In this document: positions 8,425 through 18,347 of the stretch, one piece after another
Layout of the letters: the number at the start of each line of letters is the position of its first letter
Position numbering within the stretch: the stretch's first letter is position 1
Source: an uncultured bacterium
Lineage (GTDB): Bacteria > Margulisbacteria > WOR-1 > JAKLHX01
Direction of reading: 5' to 3'
Assembly (NCBI GenBank): GCA_964532225.1
Contig: CAZHHM010000002.1
Span: 47,982-111,981 of the forward strand
Length of the DNA: 64,000 nucleotides
Made by a program: the position numbers and the translations under genes
The notes under the pieces: model-generated
The model's database searches: none
Told to the model about the DNA's origin: nothing
What the model saw: only the letters and a program-made list of their open reading frames with translations

Positions 8425-10143
8425 ATGAAATCCGTGGATCATTATACCGATAGTAATATAGCTGACAATTTGGCACAAAAAGGAGACGAAGGAATGGGAA
8501 CACCAAGGGTCCATGAGAACGCCGGCAGAGTGGTCAGGTCAGGGCTTATAGACATATCAAGGCTGCGTAATGCATACGCATCACCTGAGTTCAGGCAGGG
8601 ACTGTCATCTGTCGAGTTCGGCACATCCGGACACAGGGGCAGCGCGCTCAAGGACAGCTTTAACCGCGAACACATCGAAGCGATCTCCCAGGCAATATGC
8701 GATTACAGGAAAAAAGAAGGCATTTCCGGCCCTCTTTTTATCGGCATCGACAGCCATGCTTCTTCATTGTCGGCACTGCAGACATCCCTTGAGGTATTTG
8801 CGGCCAATAAGATCGACGCGCGTATAGAAGAGAACCAGATGTACGAGGACGGCTCCGGATACACTCCGACCCCGGCCATATCGCATGCTATCATTCAGGC
8901 TAATAAAAAAGGGCTTAATGCCGACGGTATAGTCATCACGCCTTCTCACAACCCTGCTGAGGACGGAGGGTTCAAGTATAACCCCGGCAACGGCGGCCCT
9001 GCGGATTCCGATATTACCGGCTGGATACAGAACAGGGCCAACGACATCATGTCAAGGCAGAACGCAGATGTAAAGAAAGAGAACAGAAGGACCGCTCTTT
9101 CATCCCCCTTCATAACCGGATTTGATTTCGTGACCCCCTATGTGAACGACCTGCCGAATGTCGTGAACATAGACGCCATAATAAGATCGGGCATAAAGTT
9201 CGGGGTGGACCCTCTCGGAGGCTCCTCTCTTGAGTATTACCAGGCCATCAAAGAGACCTTCGGGCTCAAGAACATGACCATAGTCAACCCGGATATCGAC
9301 ATGACCTTCGGTTTTATGCCGCGTGACTGGGACGGAAAGATAAGGATGGACTGCTCCTCCCCTTACGCAATGAAGAACCTTGTGGCTCTAAAGGACAAAT
9401 ATGATGTCGCATGGGGAAATGATACGGATTCCGACAGGCACGGGATAGTGACCCCGAGCATGGGACTGATGAACCCTAACCATTTCCTTTCTGTTGCCAT
9501 CTGGTACCTGATGCAGAACCGCCCGACCCTGTCAGGAGACCTGATGATAGGCAAGACCGCGGTCACAACCTCCCTTATCGAAAGGATAGCCGCCGGATTC
9601 GGGAGGAAAGTATATGAGACGCCGGTAGGCTTCAAATACTTTGCTGACGGCCTGGCAAAAGGGACCCTTCTCATCGGTTGCGAAGAAAGCGCTGGCGCTT
9701 CTTTCCTCAGGATGGACGGCTCCGCCTGGACAACGGACAAGGACGGCATCATTCTCGGCCTATTGGCTGCTGAAATAAGGGCCGTCACCGGAAAGGACCC
9801 GGGACAGATATTCCTTGAACTTACAAAACAGTACGGGATGCCGTACTACAGGAGAATAGATTCCGCGGCCGACAGAGAGCTTAAGGCTGCGATCAAATCG
9901 CTTGACCCGTCATCGCTGACCGCGACCACGCTGGCCGGCGAACCTATCACCAACATCGCCACATCAGCACCGTTCGGGGGCAAGATAGGCGGGCTCAAGA
10001 TCTCCACCGAGAACGGCTGGCTTTGCGTAAGGCCATCCGGCACCGAAGATGTTGCCAAGGTCTACGGCGAAAGCCTTAAGAGCGAGGCACACCTTAACGC
10101 GATTCTGGACGGCGGAGTAGAGATACTGAACGGCCTCAAGTGA
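8425..10143 (+). CDS. pgm: Phosphoglucomutase, alpha-D-glucose phosphate-specific
   Basis: Full-length colinear similarity to E. coli Pgm as I remember it: FGTSGHRG, GIVITPSHNPAEDGG, GCEESAGASFLR and RPSGTEDVAKVY. Start taken at the ATG one base after the rsmE stop, not the overlapping 8317 start. Confidence 0.9.
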   Translation: MKSVDHYTDSNIADNLAQKGDEGMGTPRVHENAGRVVRSGLIDISRLRNAYASPEFRQGLSSVEFGTSGHRGSALKDSFNREHIEAISQAICDYRKKEGISGPLFIGIDSHASSLSALQTSLEVFAANKIDARIEENQMYEDGSGYTPTPAISHAIIQANKKGLNADGIVITPSHNPAEDGGFKYNPGNGGPADSDITGWIQNRANDIMSRQNADVKKENRRTALSSPFITGFDFVTPYVNDLPNVVNIDAIIRSGIKFGVDPLGGSSLEYYQAIKETFGLKNMTIVNPDIDMTFGFMPRDWDGKIRMDCSSPYAMKNLVALKDKYDVAWGNDTDSDRHGIVTPSMGLMNPNHFLSVAIWYLMQNRPTLSGDLMIGKTAVTTSLIERIAAGFGRKVYETPVGFKYFADGLAKGTLLIGCEESAGASFLRMDGSAWTTDKDGIILGLLAAEIRAVTGKDPGQIFLELTKQYGMPYYRRIDSAADRELKAAIKSLDPSSLTATTLAGEPITNIATSAPFGGKIGGLKISTENGWLCVRPSGTEDVAKVYGESLKSEAHLNAILDGGVEILNGLK

Positions 10144-10166
10144 TAAGCTGATCCATACGGCCACAC

Positions 10167-10197
10167 GGCCCCCCGCCTCGGCGGGGGGCTTTTTTAT
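10167..10197 (+). terminator. Rho-independent terminator after pgm
   Basis: Stem gccccccgcc / ggcggggggc followed by TTTTTT. Confidence 0.7.
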
Positions 10198-10221
10198 GTC
10201 TTTCCGTGCTATCATTTCCCC

Positions 10222-11166
10222 ATGAAGATACTCGTTTACGGAACGGGAGCGGTCGGCTCGGTCTTTGGCGGCTTTCTGCATAAGGCAGGAGAAGAGGTCG
10301 TCATGCTGGGACGGCCTGAGCATATGGACAGGATAAGCTCCAACGGGCTTGCTATCACCGGGATATGGGGGGAACATCTTGTAAAAGGGATAAAGACCTA
10401 TTCAAGCAGCTACCACCTTAAAGAAGAGCACAGCACAACCTTTGACCTGATACTTCTGACGGTAAAATCATACGACACTGTGTCCGCCTTGGCAGATATC
10501 AGGAACATGGCGACCCTCAGCACTTTTGTCCTTTCACTGCAGAACGGGCTCGGCAATACCGACGCCATAGCCAGGGCCGTCGGCCAGGACCAGACCCTGG
10601 GAGGAAGAGTGATATTCGGTGCCGAGATACCGTCCCCCGGCTCGGTAAAAGTGACCGTGAGCGCCGATGATGTGGTAATAGGCAGGACATCCTCAAAAAC
10701 ACAGCCGAAATTCGTTGAGGAGATAGCCAATATATTCTCTTTTTCCGGAATAAAGACAAGGACCACCGAAGAGATAGACAAGTTCATCTGGGGAAAAGTG
10801 CTTTACAACTGCGCGCTCAACGCCATGGCGACATTATTGAACATCAATTACGGGCAGCTGCTTGAAAGCGGCTACACAAAGGACGTGATGCGCCGTATAG
10901 TGTCAGAGATATACCAGATCGCGGAGAAAAAAGGCGTCCCGCTTGAACAGCCCACAAAAGAAGAGTACATAAAGGTGCTTTTTAACAAGCTGATCCCTCT
11001 GACCTCCTCCCACCGCCCGTCGATGCTGCAGGATATCGAAAAGAACAGGAAAACAGAAATTGACTATCTGAACGGTGCTATCCTGAAGATGTCCAAAGAG
11101 CTGCAGCTCCCCTGCCCCGCCAATCAGCTGCTGACAGAGCTCATAAAGTTCAAAGACCGCAAATGA
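10222..11166 (+). CDS. panE: 2-dehydropantoate 2-reductase (ketopantoate reductase) family
   Basis: N-terminal Rossmann motif KILVYGTGAVGS. Size of 314 aa and C-terminal ApbA_C-like region fit the family. Confidence 0.75.
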   Translation: MKILVYGTGAVGSVFGGFLHKAGEEVVMLGRPEHMDRISSNGLAITGIWGEHLVKGIKTYSSSYHLKEEHSTTFDLILLTVKSYDTVSALADIRNMATLSTFVLSLQNGLGNTDAIARAVGQDQTLGGRVIFGAEIPSPGSVKVTVSADDVVIGRTSSKTQPKFVEEIANIFSFSGIKTRTTEEIDKFIWGKVLYNCALNAMATLLNINYGQLLESGYTKDVMRRIVSEIYQIAEKKGVPLEQPTKEEYIKVLFNKLIPLTSSHRPSMLQDIEKNRKTEIDYLNGAILKMSKELQLPCPANQLLTELIKFKDRK

Positions 11167-11178
11167 TATAATCTTGCT

Positions 11179-12450
11179 GTGATATCAAAGAACGAGCTTT
11201 TCGCCCTGCTGAACGGCCGTCCTGCCGGAAGTGCCGGTTATTCCGATATATTTTATGAACAGAACGACTCGACCGGTATAATACTCGAATCAGGAAAGGC
11301 CGACAGGATACTTACCGGAAAGAGCGGAGGATACGGCATAAGGTCAATTAAGGACAGGCAGGTCGACTATTTCTACTGCGCTGCCGGCTCCGACATCCCT
11401 TCTGACCCCGTAGGCATAGACAAAAAAATGTCCCTTGTAAACAAAGCGGACAAGGCCGCCAGAACTGTCTCCCCGCAGGTCAAGCAGGTGTCTGTTTCAT
11501 ACGGCGACAGGACCCAGCATGTGGCCATAGCCAATAATAAAGGCGACCACATCTTCGGCACGAGAAAGAGGACCAGGTTCATAGTTAATGTAATAGCCGA
11601 GAAGGACGGTGTGTTGCAGACGGGTTACGAAACTGCGGGTGCGCTTGCCGGGTTTGAGCTGTTCGAGACGGTCAATGTCGAACAGATGGCAAAGACGGCT
11701 GCCGAAAGGGCTGTGAGGATGCTTGACGCGCCTTACGCGCCCTCGGGACAGATGCCTGTGGTCATAACTGCCGAAGCCGGCGGGACCCTGATACATGAGG
11801 CCTGCGGACACGGGCTGGAAGCTGATTTCATTGTTAAGGACACCTCGGTGTATTCGGGCAAGACCGGACAAAAGGTCGCTTCAGAGCTTGTTACCGTGAT
11901 AGATGACGCTTCCATGCCGGGGCTCTACGGCTCCTTCGACTTTGACGACGAAGGCACCCCTGCCCAGAAGAAGGTCCTGATAGAGAACGGCATCCTTAAG
12001 GGCTTCATGTCCGACATCTACAACTCAAGATTGCTTGGCATCTCCTCGTCCGGTAACGGCAGACGCGAGGATTTCACCCAGAAACCCCAGCCCAGGATGA
12101 CCAACACCTATATCGAGAGAGGGAGCATGGACCCCGGCTCCATCGTTTCATCCGTCAAGAACGGTCTTCTGGTGAAGAAGCTGGGAGGGGGCCAGGTCAA
12201 TGTGGTCAGCGGGGATTTCGTGTTCGACACCCAGGAGGCCTACATCATCAGGGACGGGAAGATAGGAGAGCTTGTACGGGGAGCGATGCTGATAGGCAAC
12301 GGGCCAAAGATACTGATGGATATCGATATGGTAGGCAACGATCTTTTCTTTGTCACCGGTACTTGCGGCAAAGGCGACCACGCACCCGTGACCGATGCAA
12401 TGCCGACGGTCAGGATACCAAAGATAACGGTGGGAGGCAGGAGTCAGTAA
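11179..12450 (+). CDS. tldD: TldD/PmbA family metalloprotease
   Basis: HEACGHGLEADF motif and glycine-rich C-terminal region typical of the TldD/PmbA fold. Confidence 0.8.
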   Translation: MISKNELFALLNGRPAGSAGYSDIFYEQNDSTGIILESGKADRILTGKSGGYGIRSIKDRQVDYFYCAAGSDIPSDPVGIDKKMSLVNKADKAARTVSPQVKQVSVSYGDRTQHVAIANNKGDHIFGTRKRTRFIVNVIAEKDGVLQTGYETAGALAGFELFETVNVEQMAKTAAERAVRMLDAPYAPSGQMPVVITAEAGGTLIHEACGHGLEADFIVKDTSVYSGKTGQKVASELVTVIDDASMPGLYGSFDFDDEGTPAQKKVLIENGILKGFMSDIYNSRLLGISSSGNGRREDFTQKPQPRMTNTYIERGSMDPGSIVSSVKNGLLVKKLGGGQVNVVSGDFVFDTQEAYIIRDGKIGELVRGAMLIGNGPKILMDIDMVGNDLFFVTGTCGKGDHAPVTDAMPTVRIPKITVGGRSQ

Positions 12451-12451
12451 G

Positions 12452-12486
12452 TCAAAAGGCAAAGGTCAAAAGGCAAAAGTTAAAGT
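12452..12486. repeat. 33-nt repeat element copy (gtcaaaaggcaaaggtcaaaaggcaaaagtt), left arm of an inverted-repeat pair
   Basis: Seen directly. An inverted partner lies at 12617-12660. A near-identical copy is inside rimO at ~29787-29820. Confidence 0.7.
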
Positions 12487-12616
12487 CAAAAGTTTGAGGT
12501 TTCGGAAAATAAAAAATAACAGAGAGAAACAAGTCTTTTTTTCATCTTAATTGACATCATCTTGTTGAGCATTGGAAATATCCGACTTGTTTAACCTCTG
12601 GAAAACTTAAAAGCTT

Positions 12617-12660
12617 TTGACCTTAATTTTTGACCTTTGACTTTTGACCTTTGACTTAAA
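12617..12660. repeat. Inverted partner of the gtcaaaag-type repeat (tttgacctttgacttttgacctttgac)
   Basis: Reverse-complement similarity to 12452-12486. Lies between convergent tldD and metF. Confidence 0.6.
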
Positions 12661-13516
12661 TTCTGCTTACTATCTCTTTGACCAGGTTGATGTCGTTCAT
12701 GGTCATGAAGTGCACACCGTCGCAGCAGCTTTTAAGCTCTTTTATCGTTTCGACCGCTATATCAATGCCTTCTTGTTTCTGGTCCTTGGCTGAAGCCATC
12801 CTTTTAAGGACCTTCTCCCCCACTTTCACGCCGGGGACCTTTTCCTCCATGAACTTTGCCGTGTCATAGGACATGAGAGGGAATATCCCAAGAAGCTTTT
12901 TCGCCTTTATTCCGGACGATCTCTCGCAGAACTTTTTGTACGTGTCGATATCGTACACCACCTGCGTTTGAATGAACTCCGCGCCCGCGTCCGCTTTTTT
13001 CTTCATCTTCATGATCTGCAGGTCGAGTTGCTCGCTGTTCGGGTTCACGACCCCGCCGACAAGGAAAGAGGCCGAGGATTCCAGCTTATTGCCGTTCATA
13101 TCTGTGCCTTTTTCGATCTTTTTGATGAGGTCTATAAGCTGGACGCTGTCGAGCTCAAAGACAGGTTTTGCAAGGACCCTTCCGTTCTTTACCGGATAAT
13201 CGCCCGTGATGGCCAGGATGTTCTTTATGCCGAGGGCCGCCGCCGCAAGCACATCGCTTGAGAGCCCCATGCTGTTCCTGTCCCTGCAGCACATCTGGTA
13301 AACCGCGTCCACTCCGTTATGTATCATCTGATGGCAGAGCACGACAGGGTTCATCCTCATGACCGCCCTCTGGTTATCGGTCACATTGACCGCATCGACC
13401 ACGCCTTTAAGCGAAAGGGCTTTCTGCAGTGCTTTTGACGGGTCAACGCCTTTGGGAGGGAATATCTCCGCGGTTATGATGAACTTCTTTGAAAGTAGCG
13501 CTTCTCTCAGGGACAT
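12656..13516 (-). CDS. metF: Methylenetetrahydrofolate reductase MetF
   Basis: FIITAEIFPPKG N-terminus and a TIM-barrel MTHFR-like sequence of 286 aa. Confidence 0.85.
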   Translation of the reverse strand: MSLREALLSKKFIITAEIFPPKGVDPSKALQKALSLKGVVDAVNVTDNQRAVMRMNPVVLCHQMIHNGVDAVYQMCCRDRNSMGLSSDVLAAAALGIKNILAITGDYPVKNGRVLAKPVFELDSVQLIDLIKKIEKGTDMNGNKLESSASFLVGGVVNPNSEQLDLQIMKMKKKADAGAEFIQTQVVYDIDTYKKFCERSSGIKAKKLLGIFPLMSYDTAKFMEEKVPGVKVGEKVLKRMASAKDQKQEGIDIAVETIKELKSCCDGVHFMTMNDINLVKEIVSRI

Positions 13517-13517
13517 A

Positions 13518-14156
13518 TCATTCCACCTTGTGGGGCCTCATGGCCGCCGTCCAGTCCTTGGCCGGCCTGAAGTCCTTTATGCTGTCAACACTGTTTATCT
13601 GCTTGAGCCTCTCTTCGATCAGGGACCAGGCGCAGTCGCTGTCCTGGTTGACCTCGCATTTTCCTTTTACCGAGCCTCCGCAGGGCCCGTTAAGTGTGTT
13701 CTTGGGGCATCTGGTCATAAGGCAGATGCCGCCTGTCTTGTCCAGCTGGCACTCTCCGCAATTGACGCACATCTCATAGAACTTTCCCGCCCTCTTTATC
13801 TCGGCGATGAACATCGAGTTAAGGGCCGGGAACACTTTCTTTCCGACAAGTCCGGCCACGGTCTGGACTCCAGCTCCGCAGCTCATTACGAGGAAAGCGT
13901 CAGCGCTCTCCACCGCTTCCTTGTTCTCGCGGAATATCTTCTGGTTGAGCCTGGCATCGCAAGGGGATTCGACCACCGAACTTCCGGCGATCGAGAAGCC
14001 CCGCTTCTCAAGTTCTGCCTTCATGGCCGCGACCTCTTTTTCGCCTCCGGTGTTGCTTGTGGTGGAGCACGAGCCGCAGCCTACTATAAAAACGCTTTTG
14101 GCGCCTTCAAGCATCGAAAGGATCTCTTCGAATTTTTTTTGTTCTGTTACGATCAT
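13518..14156 (-). CDS. metV: MTHFR C-terminal-domain protein MetV (zinc-ribbon/Cys-rich partner of MetF)
   Basis: Cys-rich 212-aa protein (GCGSCST…CVNCGECQL…CPKNTLNGPCGG) directly upstream of metF. This arrangement is known from acetogen-type MetVF. Confidence 0.65.
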   Translation of the reverse strand: MIVTEQKKFEEILSMLEGAKSVFIVGCGSCSTTSNTGGEKEVAAMKAELEKRGFSIAGSSVVESPCDARLNQKIFRENKEAVESADAFLVMSCGAGVQTVAGLVGKKVFPALNSMFIAEIKRAGKFYEMCVNCGECQLDKTGGICLMTRCPKNTLNGPCGGSVKGKCEVNQDSDCAWSLIEERLKQINSVDSIKDFRPAKDWTAAMRPHKVE

Positions 14157-15649
14157 TTTTCCAGGGGTTTCATATGAGGGAACAGCAGGACGTCCCTTAT
14201 CGTATGGGAGTCCGTTATCAGCATTACAAGGCGGTCTATGCCTATGCCAAGCCCTCCGGTAGGCGGCATACCGTACTCTAGCGCTTTCACATAGTCCTCA
14301 TCGAGGGATTCAGTCTCTTCGTCCCCCGCCTTTTTGAGTTCCATCTGCTTTTCGAACCGCTGCCTCTGGTCGACGGGGTCGTTGAGCTCGGAAAAAGCGT
14401 TGGCGATCTCCATACCTGATACTATCACTTCGAACCTTTCAACGAGCTTGTCGTTGTCCCTCTTTTTCTTTGCCAGAGGAGAGGTCTCCACAGGATAGTC
14501 CATCATGAAGGTCGGCTGTACGAGATGCGGCTCAACGAACCTGTCATAGAGCTCATTGATGAGCTTGCCGGCCCCGAGCTTTTCGACATCGTCCACGCCT
14601 CTTTCCTTTGCAAGCTGGCGGAGCTTTTCAAGCGGCACGTCGATATCTATACCGGCGAAGGACTTTATCGCTTCTGTAAGGGTCAGCCTCTTCCACGGAG
14701 TGGTGAAATCTAGCTCCTGGCCCTTGAAAGTGATCTTGTACGACCCTGTAGCTTTTTTAACGGCTTCAGATACTATCTCTTCGGTAAGCTTCATGATATC
14801 GATATAGTCGGCGTAGGCCTGGTATATCTCTATCATCGTGTACTCGGGATTGTGCTTAAAGCTCATTCCTTCGTTGCGGAACACCCTTCCAAGCTCGAAC
14901 ACCTTCTCAAAACCGCCGACGATCAAACGCTTAAGATAAAGTTCCGGTGCTATCCTCAGAAAAAGCGGCATGTTAAGTGCATTGTGGAACGTTTTGAAAG
15001 GTTTTGCCGCCGCGCCTCCCTGGAGCACGTGCAGTATTGGGGTCTCCACCTCGAGGAAACCTTTTTCCTCAAGAGACCTTCTTATGCCGGAAATGACCTT
15101 GCTCCTGGTCTCGAACACTTTCTTCACTTCAGGGTTGACTATGAGATCGACATATCTCTGCCTGTACCTGAGCTCGGTATCCTGCAGCCCGTGCCATTTT
15201 TCCGGGAGCGGATGGAGCGATTTTGTAAGGAGGGTCATCTCTCTAACCTTTATCGTGACCTCTCCCGTCCTTGTCTTAAAGACCTTGCCTTTGACGCCTA
15301 CAAAGTCGCCTATGTCCATCTTTTCGAAATCCGAAAAAGCTTCCTGGCCTACATTGTCCAGTTTTATGTATATCTGAAGCCTGCCTGCTTCGTCCTGGAG
15401 ATGCGCAAAGCCGGCTTTGCCATGGCCTCTTTTAAGGACCAGCCTTCCTGCAAAAGAATATTCAGCATCACTTTCCTTGTCATGATCGAGAGAAGCGTAC
15501 TTTTCAAGTATACGCACGGATGAGATCTGCTTGTCGAAATTATATGTAAAAGGGTCTACGCCTTTTGAACGGAAATAGTCCGCCTTTTCGTGTCTTACCT
15601 TGAGCAATGCGCTCAAGTCTTCTTGTTTATTGACTTCCGGTTCTGACAT
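14153..15649 (-). CDS. lysS: Lysine--tRNA ligase (class II)
   Basis: 498 aa. N-terminal OB anticodon-binding domain, then class II motifs (…FRNEG…, GGLGIGIDRLVM). Confidence 0.95.
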   Translation of the reverse strand: MSEPEVNKQEDLSALLKVRHEKADYFRSKGVDPFTYNFDKQISSVRILEKYASLDHDKESDAEYSFAGRLVLKRGHGKAGFAHLQDEAGRLQIYIKLDNVGQEAFSDFEKMDIGDFVGVKGKVFKTRTGEVTIKVREMTLLTKSLHPLPEKWHGLQDTELRYRQRYVDLIVNPEVKKVFETRSKVISGIRRSLEEKGFLEVETPILHVLQGGAAAKPFKTFHNALNMPLFLRIAPELYLKRLIVGGFEKVFELGRVFRNEGMSFKHNPEYTMIEIYQAYADYIDIMKLTEEIVSEAVKKATGSYKITFKGQELDFTTPWKRLTLTEAIKSFAGIDIDVPLEKLRQLAKERGVDDVEKLGAGKLINELYDRFVEPHLVQPTFMMDYPVETSPLAKKKRDNDKLVERFEVIVSGMEIANAFSELNDPVDQRQRFEKQMELKKAGDEETESLDEDYVKALEYGMPPTGGLGIGIDRLVMLITDSHTIRDVLLFPHMKPLEK

Positions 15650-15723
15650 TCATGCTCCTTTTTTTTAGACAGTAGCCGGGGTCCGGGGGCCACTGGCTAC
15701 CGGCTTCGCTTCGCTCGCAATGA

Positions 15724-16467
15724 CTAGCTGCGCCAGACCTCATCCCAGATCAACTTTAGCCCCTTTAGAGTAAGGTCCTTGTCTATGATGTCAATTATAT
15801 CAGTTTGACCGGCTATTAACCCGGCTAATCCTCCGGTGGCTATTACAGTGGCGTTCTTTCCGATCATGTTGCGGAATTCGCCCGTGATCTTCTCCACTAT
15901 CCCTGCGTATCCCAGCAAGATACCGGAAAGCATCGCTTTCTTTGTGTCCTCCCCGATGGCCTTTCTGATAGGCTTAAGCTCTATGAAAGGCAGTTTTGCC
16001 GTCTTTTCGTGAAGCGCATCCCTGGATATAGCTATCCCCGGGGATATCGCCCCTCCCAGATATTCTCCGTTCTTTGACAAGGCGCAAAAAGTGGTCGCCG
16101 TACCGAAATCGATGATTATGGCCGGCTTTCCGTATAGCTTTTTAACTGCAAAGGCATTGACCAGCCTGTCAGCCCCTATCTCATGTTTTTTGGGAGGTTT
16201 TATGTCCAGTATCTGCTTCATAAGGTCACTTGTTATGAACATCGGGTTGATATTGAAGGTCGACCTTATATCGGAAGTGATCTTCTTATCGACTTTCGGG
16301 ACCACGCTTGAGATGATAACACCCTCAACAAGTCCTTTTTTAAAACTTTTAAGCCATTTTGTTAGCTTATTAGAATTGGTATCTGTTCGTGAGGTCTTGA
16401 TCAATGAACCGTTCGAGAAGATGCCCGCAACGATGTTGGAATTGCCTATATCCAGAGCTAAAAGCAT
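15724..16467 (-). CDS. coaX: Type III pantothenate kinase
   Basis: LLALDIGNSNIV start and an ASKHA fold of 247 aa. Confidence 0.9.
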   Translation of the reverse strand: MLLALDIGNSNIVAGIFSNGSLIKTSRTDTNSNKLTKWLKSFKKGLVEGVIISSVVPKVDKKITSDIRSTFNINPMFITSDLMKQILDIKPPKKHEIGADRLVNAFAVKKLYGKPAIIIDFGTATTFCALSKNGEYLGGAISPGIAISRDALHEKTAKLPFIELKPIRKAIGEDTKKAMLSGILLGYAGIVEKITGEFRNMIGKNATVIATGGLAGLIAGQTDIIDIIDKDLTLKGLKLIWDEVWRS

Positions 16468-16497
16468 GATGAGATTATATCATGCCTTACCGGAGGA

Positions 16498-16740
16498 TCA
16501 GTCGTTCTTGGAAGCGTTGTAGCTTGAAAGCCTGATCTTTTCCTTGAAGCCGATAGGAAGTGAGTTCAGCATGTTCTTGTAGGTGCCGATCCTCTTCCTC
16601 TCAAGCCTGTGGGTGCAGGATTCAAAGAACTCGCAGGGGGTGCCGATAATTACTATGCTTTTGCACCTTTGGCATTTGATCTCGCCCTCCTTCATGAGAA
16701 GTTTATTGCAGGTAGGACATCTTGTTTCGCCTTTGCTCAT
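16498..16740 (-). CDS. Small zinc-ribbon protein (Com-like CxxC…CxRC)
   Basis: 80 aa. Two Cys pairs (CPTCNKLL…IKCQRCKS) resemble Mu Com-type zinc fingers. Confidence 0.4.
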   Translation of the reverse strand: MSKGETRCPTCNKLLMKEGEIKCQRCKSIVIIGTPCEFFESCTHRLERKRIGTYKNMLNSLPIGFKEKIRLSSYNASKND

Positions 16741-16841
16741 CGGATAGCTCCTTTTTTAACGGGTAATTCTTGTGTTATTCCGTTCTATATATCTATCGTC
16801 AGATAGCTCTCAGGATTTCACCCGAAATTGGGAGGGCACCG

Positions 16842-17768
16842 TCATTTAACACCGTAAAGCGGGCTCCCGGACAGGTCAAAATAAAGCCTTTCAAGCTCTG
16901 TCATCCGCCCCAGCCATCCCTTTCCGAACACTTTCAGCTGTGCCAGGTACTCGTCACCCTCTATGACGGAATTATTGACCAGAAGAAGGCCGTCAGGCCT
17001 GAGAGCCTTTCTCATCGACCTGACAAAAGCGGATTCTTCTTTTGGCCCCATGAATATCGTCACATTGCTGGCAAATATGACCGAGGCTCCTCCGTAGTCG
17101 TTGATTGCCGGGATCGTCCCCGGGTCTTCGGTGGAGTAGAATTCGGCATTGACCTTCTTCAGGTCGTTCCTTAAAGGATCAAGAGTTACGCTTCTTTGAG
17201 AGTCAGTGTAAGAAGTCCGCTCATAAATATCAAGCATGCGGTCATACAGCCCTGCCGAGTATCCTGACGGGTCATCCCTGCCCAGTCTCATCCCCAGAAC
17301 GGATGACGGGTCGGCAGCTATGGTCTTGAAATACTGTCTTTCCTCGCATTCAAAACCGATGATCATCTGCTGATATCTTCCGGAGCGGTCCTTCACTAGG
17401 AAGAGGTCGTTCAGTCTAGCTTCTGTTCCGATATCCTTGAAATAGTGAAGGGAAATCTCCGTGCTGAACTTATTAAAAAGAAGTGGGCTTCTGTCATGGG
17501 ACATGGGCTCCATATCCGGGAGCTCTGTCACCACCAGCCGGATATTATGATTGAGCTTATCAAGTGCTCTTGCCAGGTCAATTGAGGTCAAAGGAACGGC
17601 TCCCGGGCCCACATCCACTGCGATATGATGGCCCGAACTGAGGTCAGTTCTATACCTGTTCAGCCCGCCTGAGACCACATGTCTGATCAGGTAGTCGTTC
17701 CTGCCTGAGTATGTATCCAGCGCGAAGGACCGTTTCTCAGCGATCCTGCTCCTGCCCATAGTTCCCAT
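16842..17768 (-). CDS. Hypothetical protein, possible class I SAM-dependent methyltransferase
   Basis: IAVDVGPGAV (motif I-like) and VIFASNV…LRPDGLLLV (motif II/III-like). Weak. Confidence 0.4.
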   Translation of the reverse strand: MGTMGRSRIAEKRSFALDTYSGRNDYLIRHVVSGGLNRYRTDLSSGHHIAVDVGPGAVPLTSIDLARALDKLNHNIRLVVTELPDMEPMSHDRSPLLFNKFSTEISLHYFKDIGTEARLNDLFLVKDRSGRYQQMIIGFECEERQYFKTIAADPSSVLGMRLGRDDPSGYSAGLYDRMLDIYERTSYTDSQRSVTLDPLRNDLKKVNAEFYSTEDPGTIPAINDYGGASVIFASNVTIFMGPKEESAFVRSMRKALRPDGLLLVNNSVIEGDEYLAQLKVFGKGWLGRMTELERLYFDLSGSPLYGVK

Positions 17769-17879
17769 ATATCGATAATGCCTCTTGAATAATTATCGTG
17801 ATATTGGGACAGGGATTTCAGCTCTTAGAATGATATTATGGTACGTGGTCCAGTCCTTTGTGAAGGTATTCGCGGAGCC

Positions 17880-18347
17880 TTACAGCTGCATTTCGTCCTG
17901 GATATCGTCGCTGTCTTCTCCTTCGGCCATCATCTCGCCCTCGCCCCCCATGCCCAGTCCCATTACATTGTCGGCAAAGAGGCGGTAAGGCTGGAGCATC
18001 TGTTTCTTCGGGTCGGGAATGATCTTGATCAGTCGGTCTCCCCCGTGAAGCTCATAAAGAGTTATGGAGTCCTTGACCTTTTTGACCTTCAGGTAGTCGA
18101 CGCTCAGCACATTGATGTAGATACGCCCGTTAAGGAAAAGCGTGGGGTCCTCTGCATTAGCGCTGACCCTCATGATCAGGCCTTTTCCTTTATTGAGCAC
18201 TTTATCGCCCGACACCTCGTAATAGATAATGTGCCCGAGGTCCCAAAGGATGCTCATGATATCCCTTTTTGAGTAGATGATCCCCTCGTTCACGATGAAC
18301 TGGATATCCCTCCTCATATGCTCTCTTTCGTTCATGCGTTCTTTCAT
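17880..18347 (-). CDS. Hypothetical protein
   Basis: 155-aa ORF with an acidic tail and no recognised motif. Confidence 0.35.
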   Translation of the reverse strand: MKERMNEREHMRRDIQFIVNEGIIYSKRDIMSILWDLGHIIYYEVSGDKVLNKGKGLIMRVSANAEDPTLFLNGRIYINVLSVDYLKVKKVKDSITLYELHGGDRLIKIIPDPKKQMLQPYRLFADNVMGLGMGGEGEMMAEGEDSDDIQDEMQL

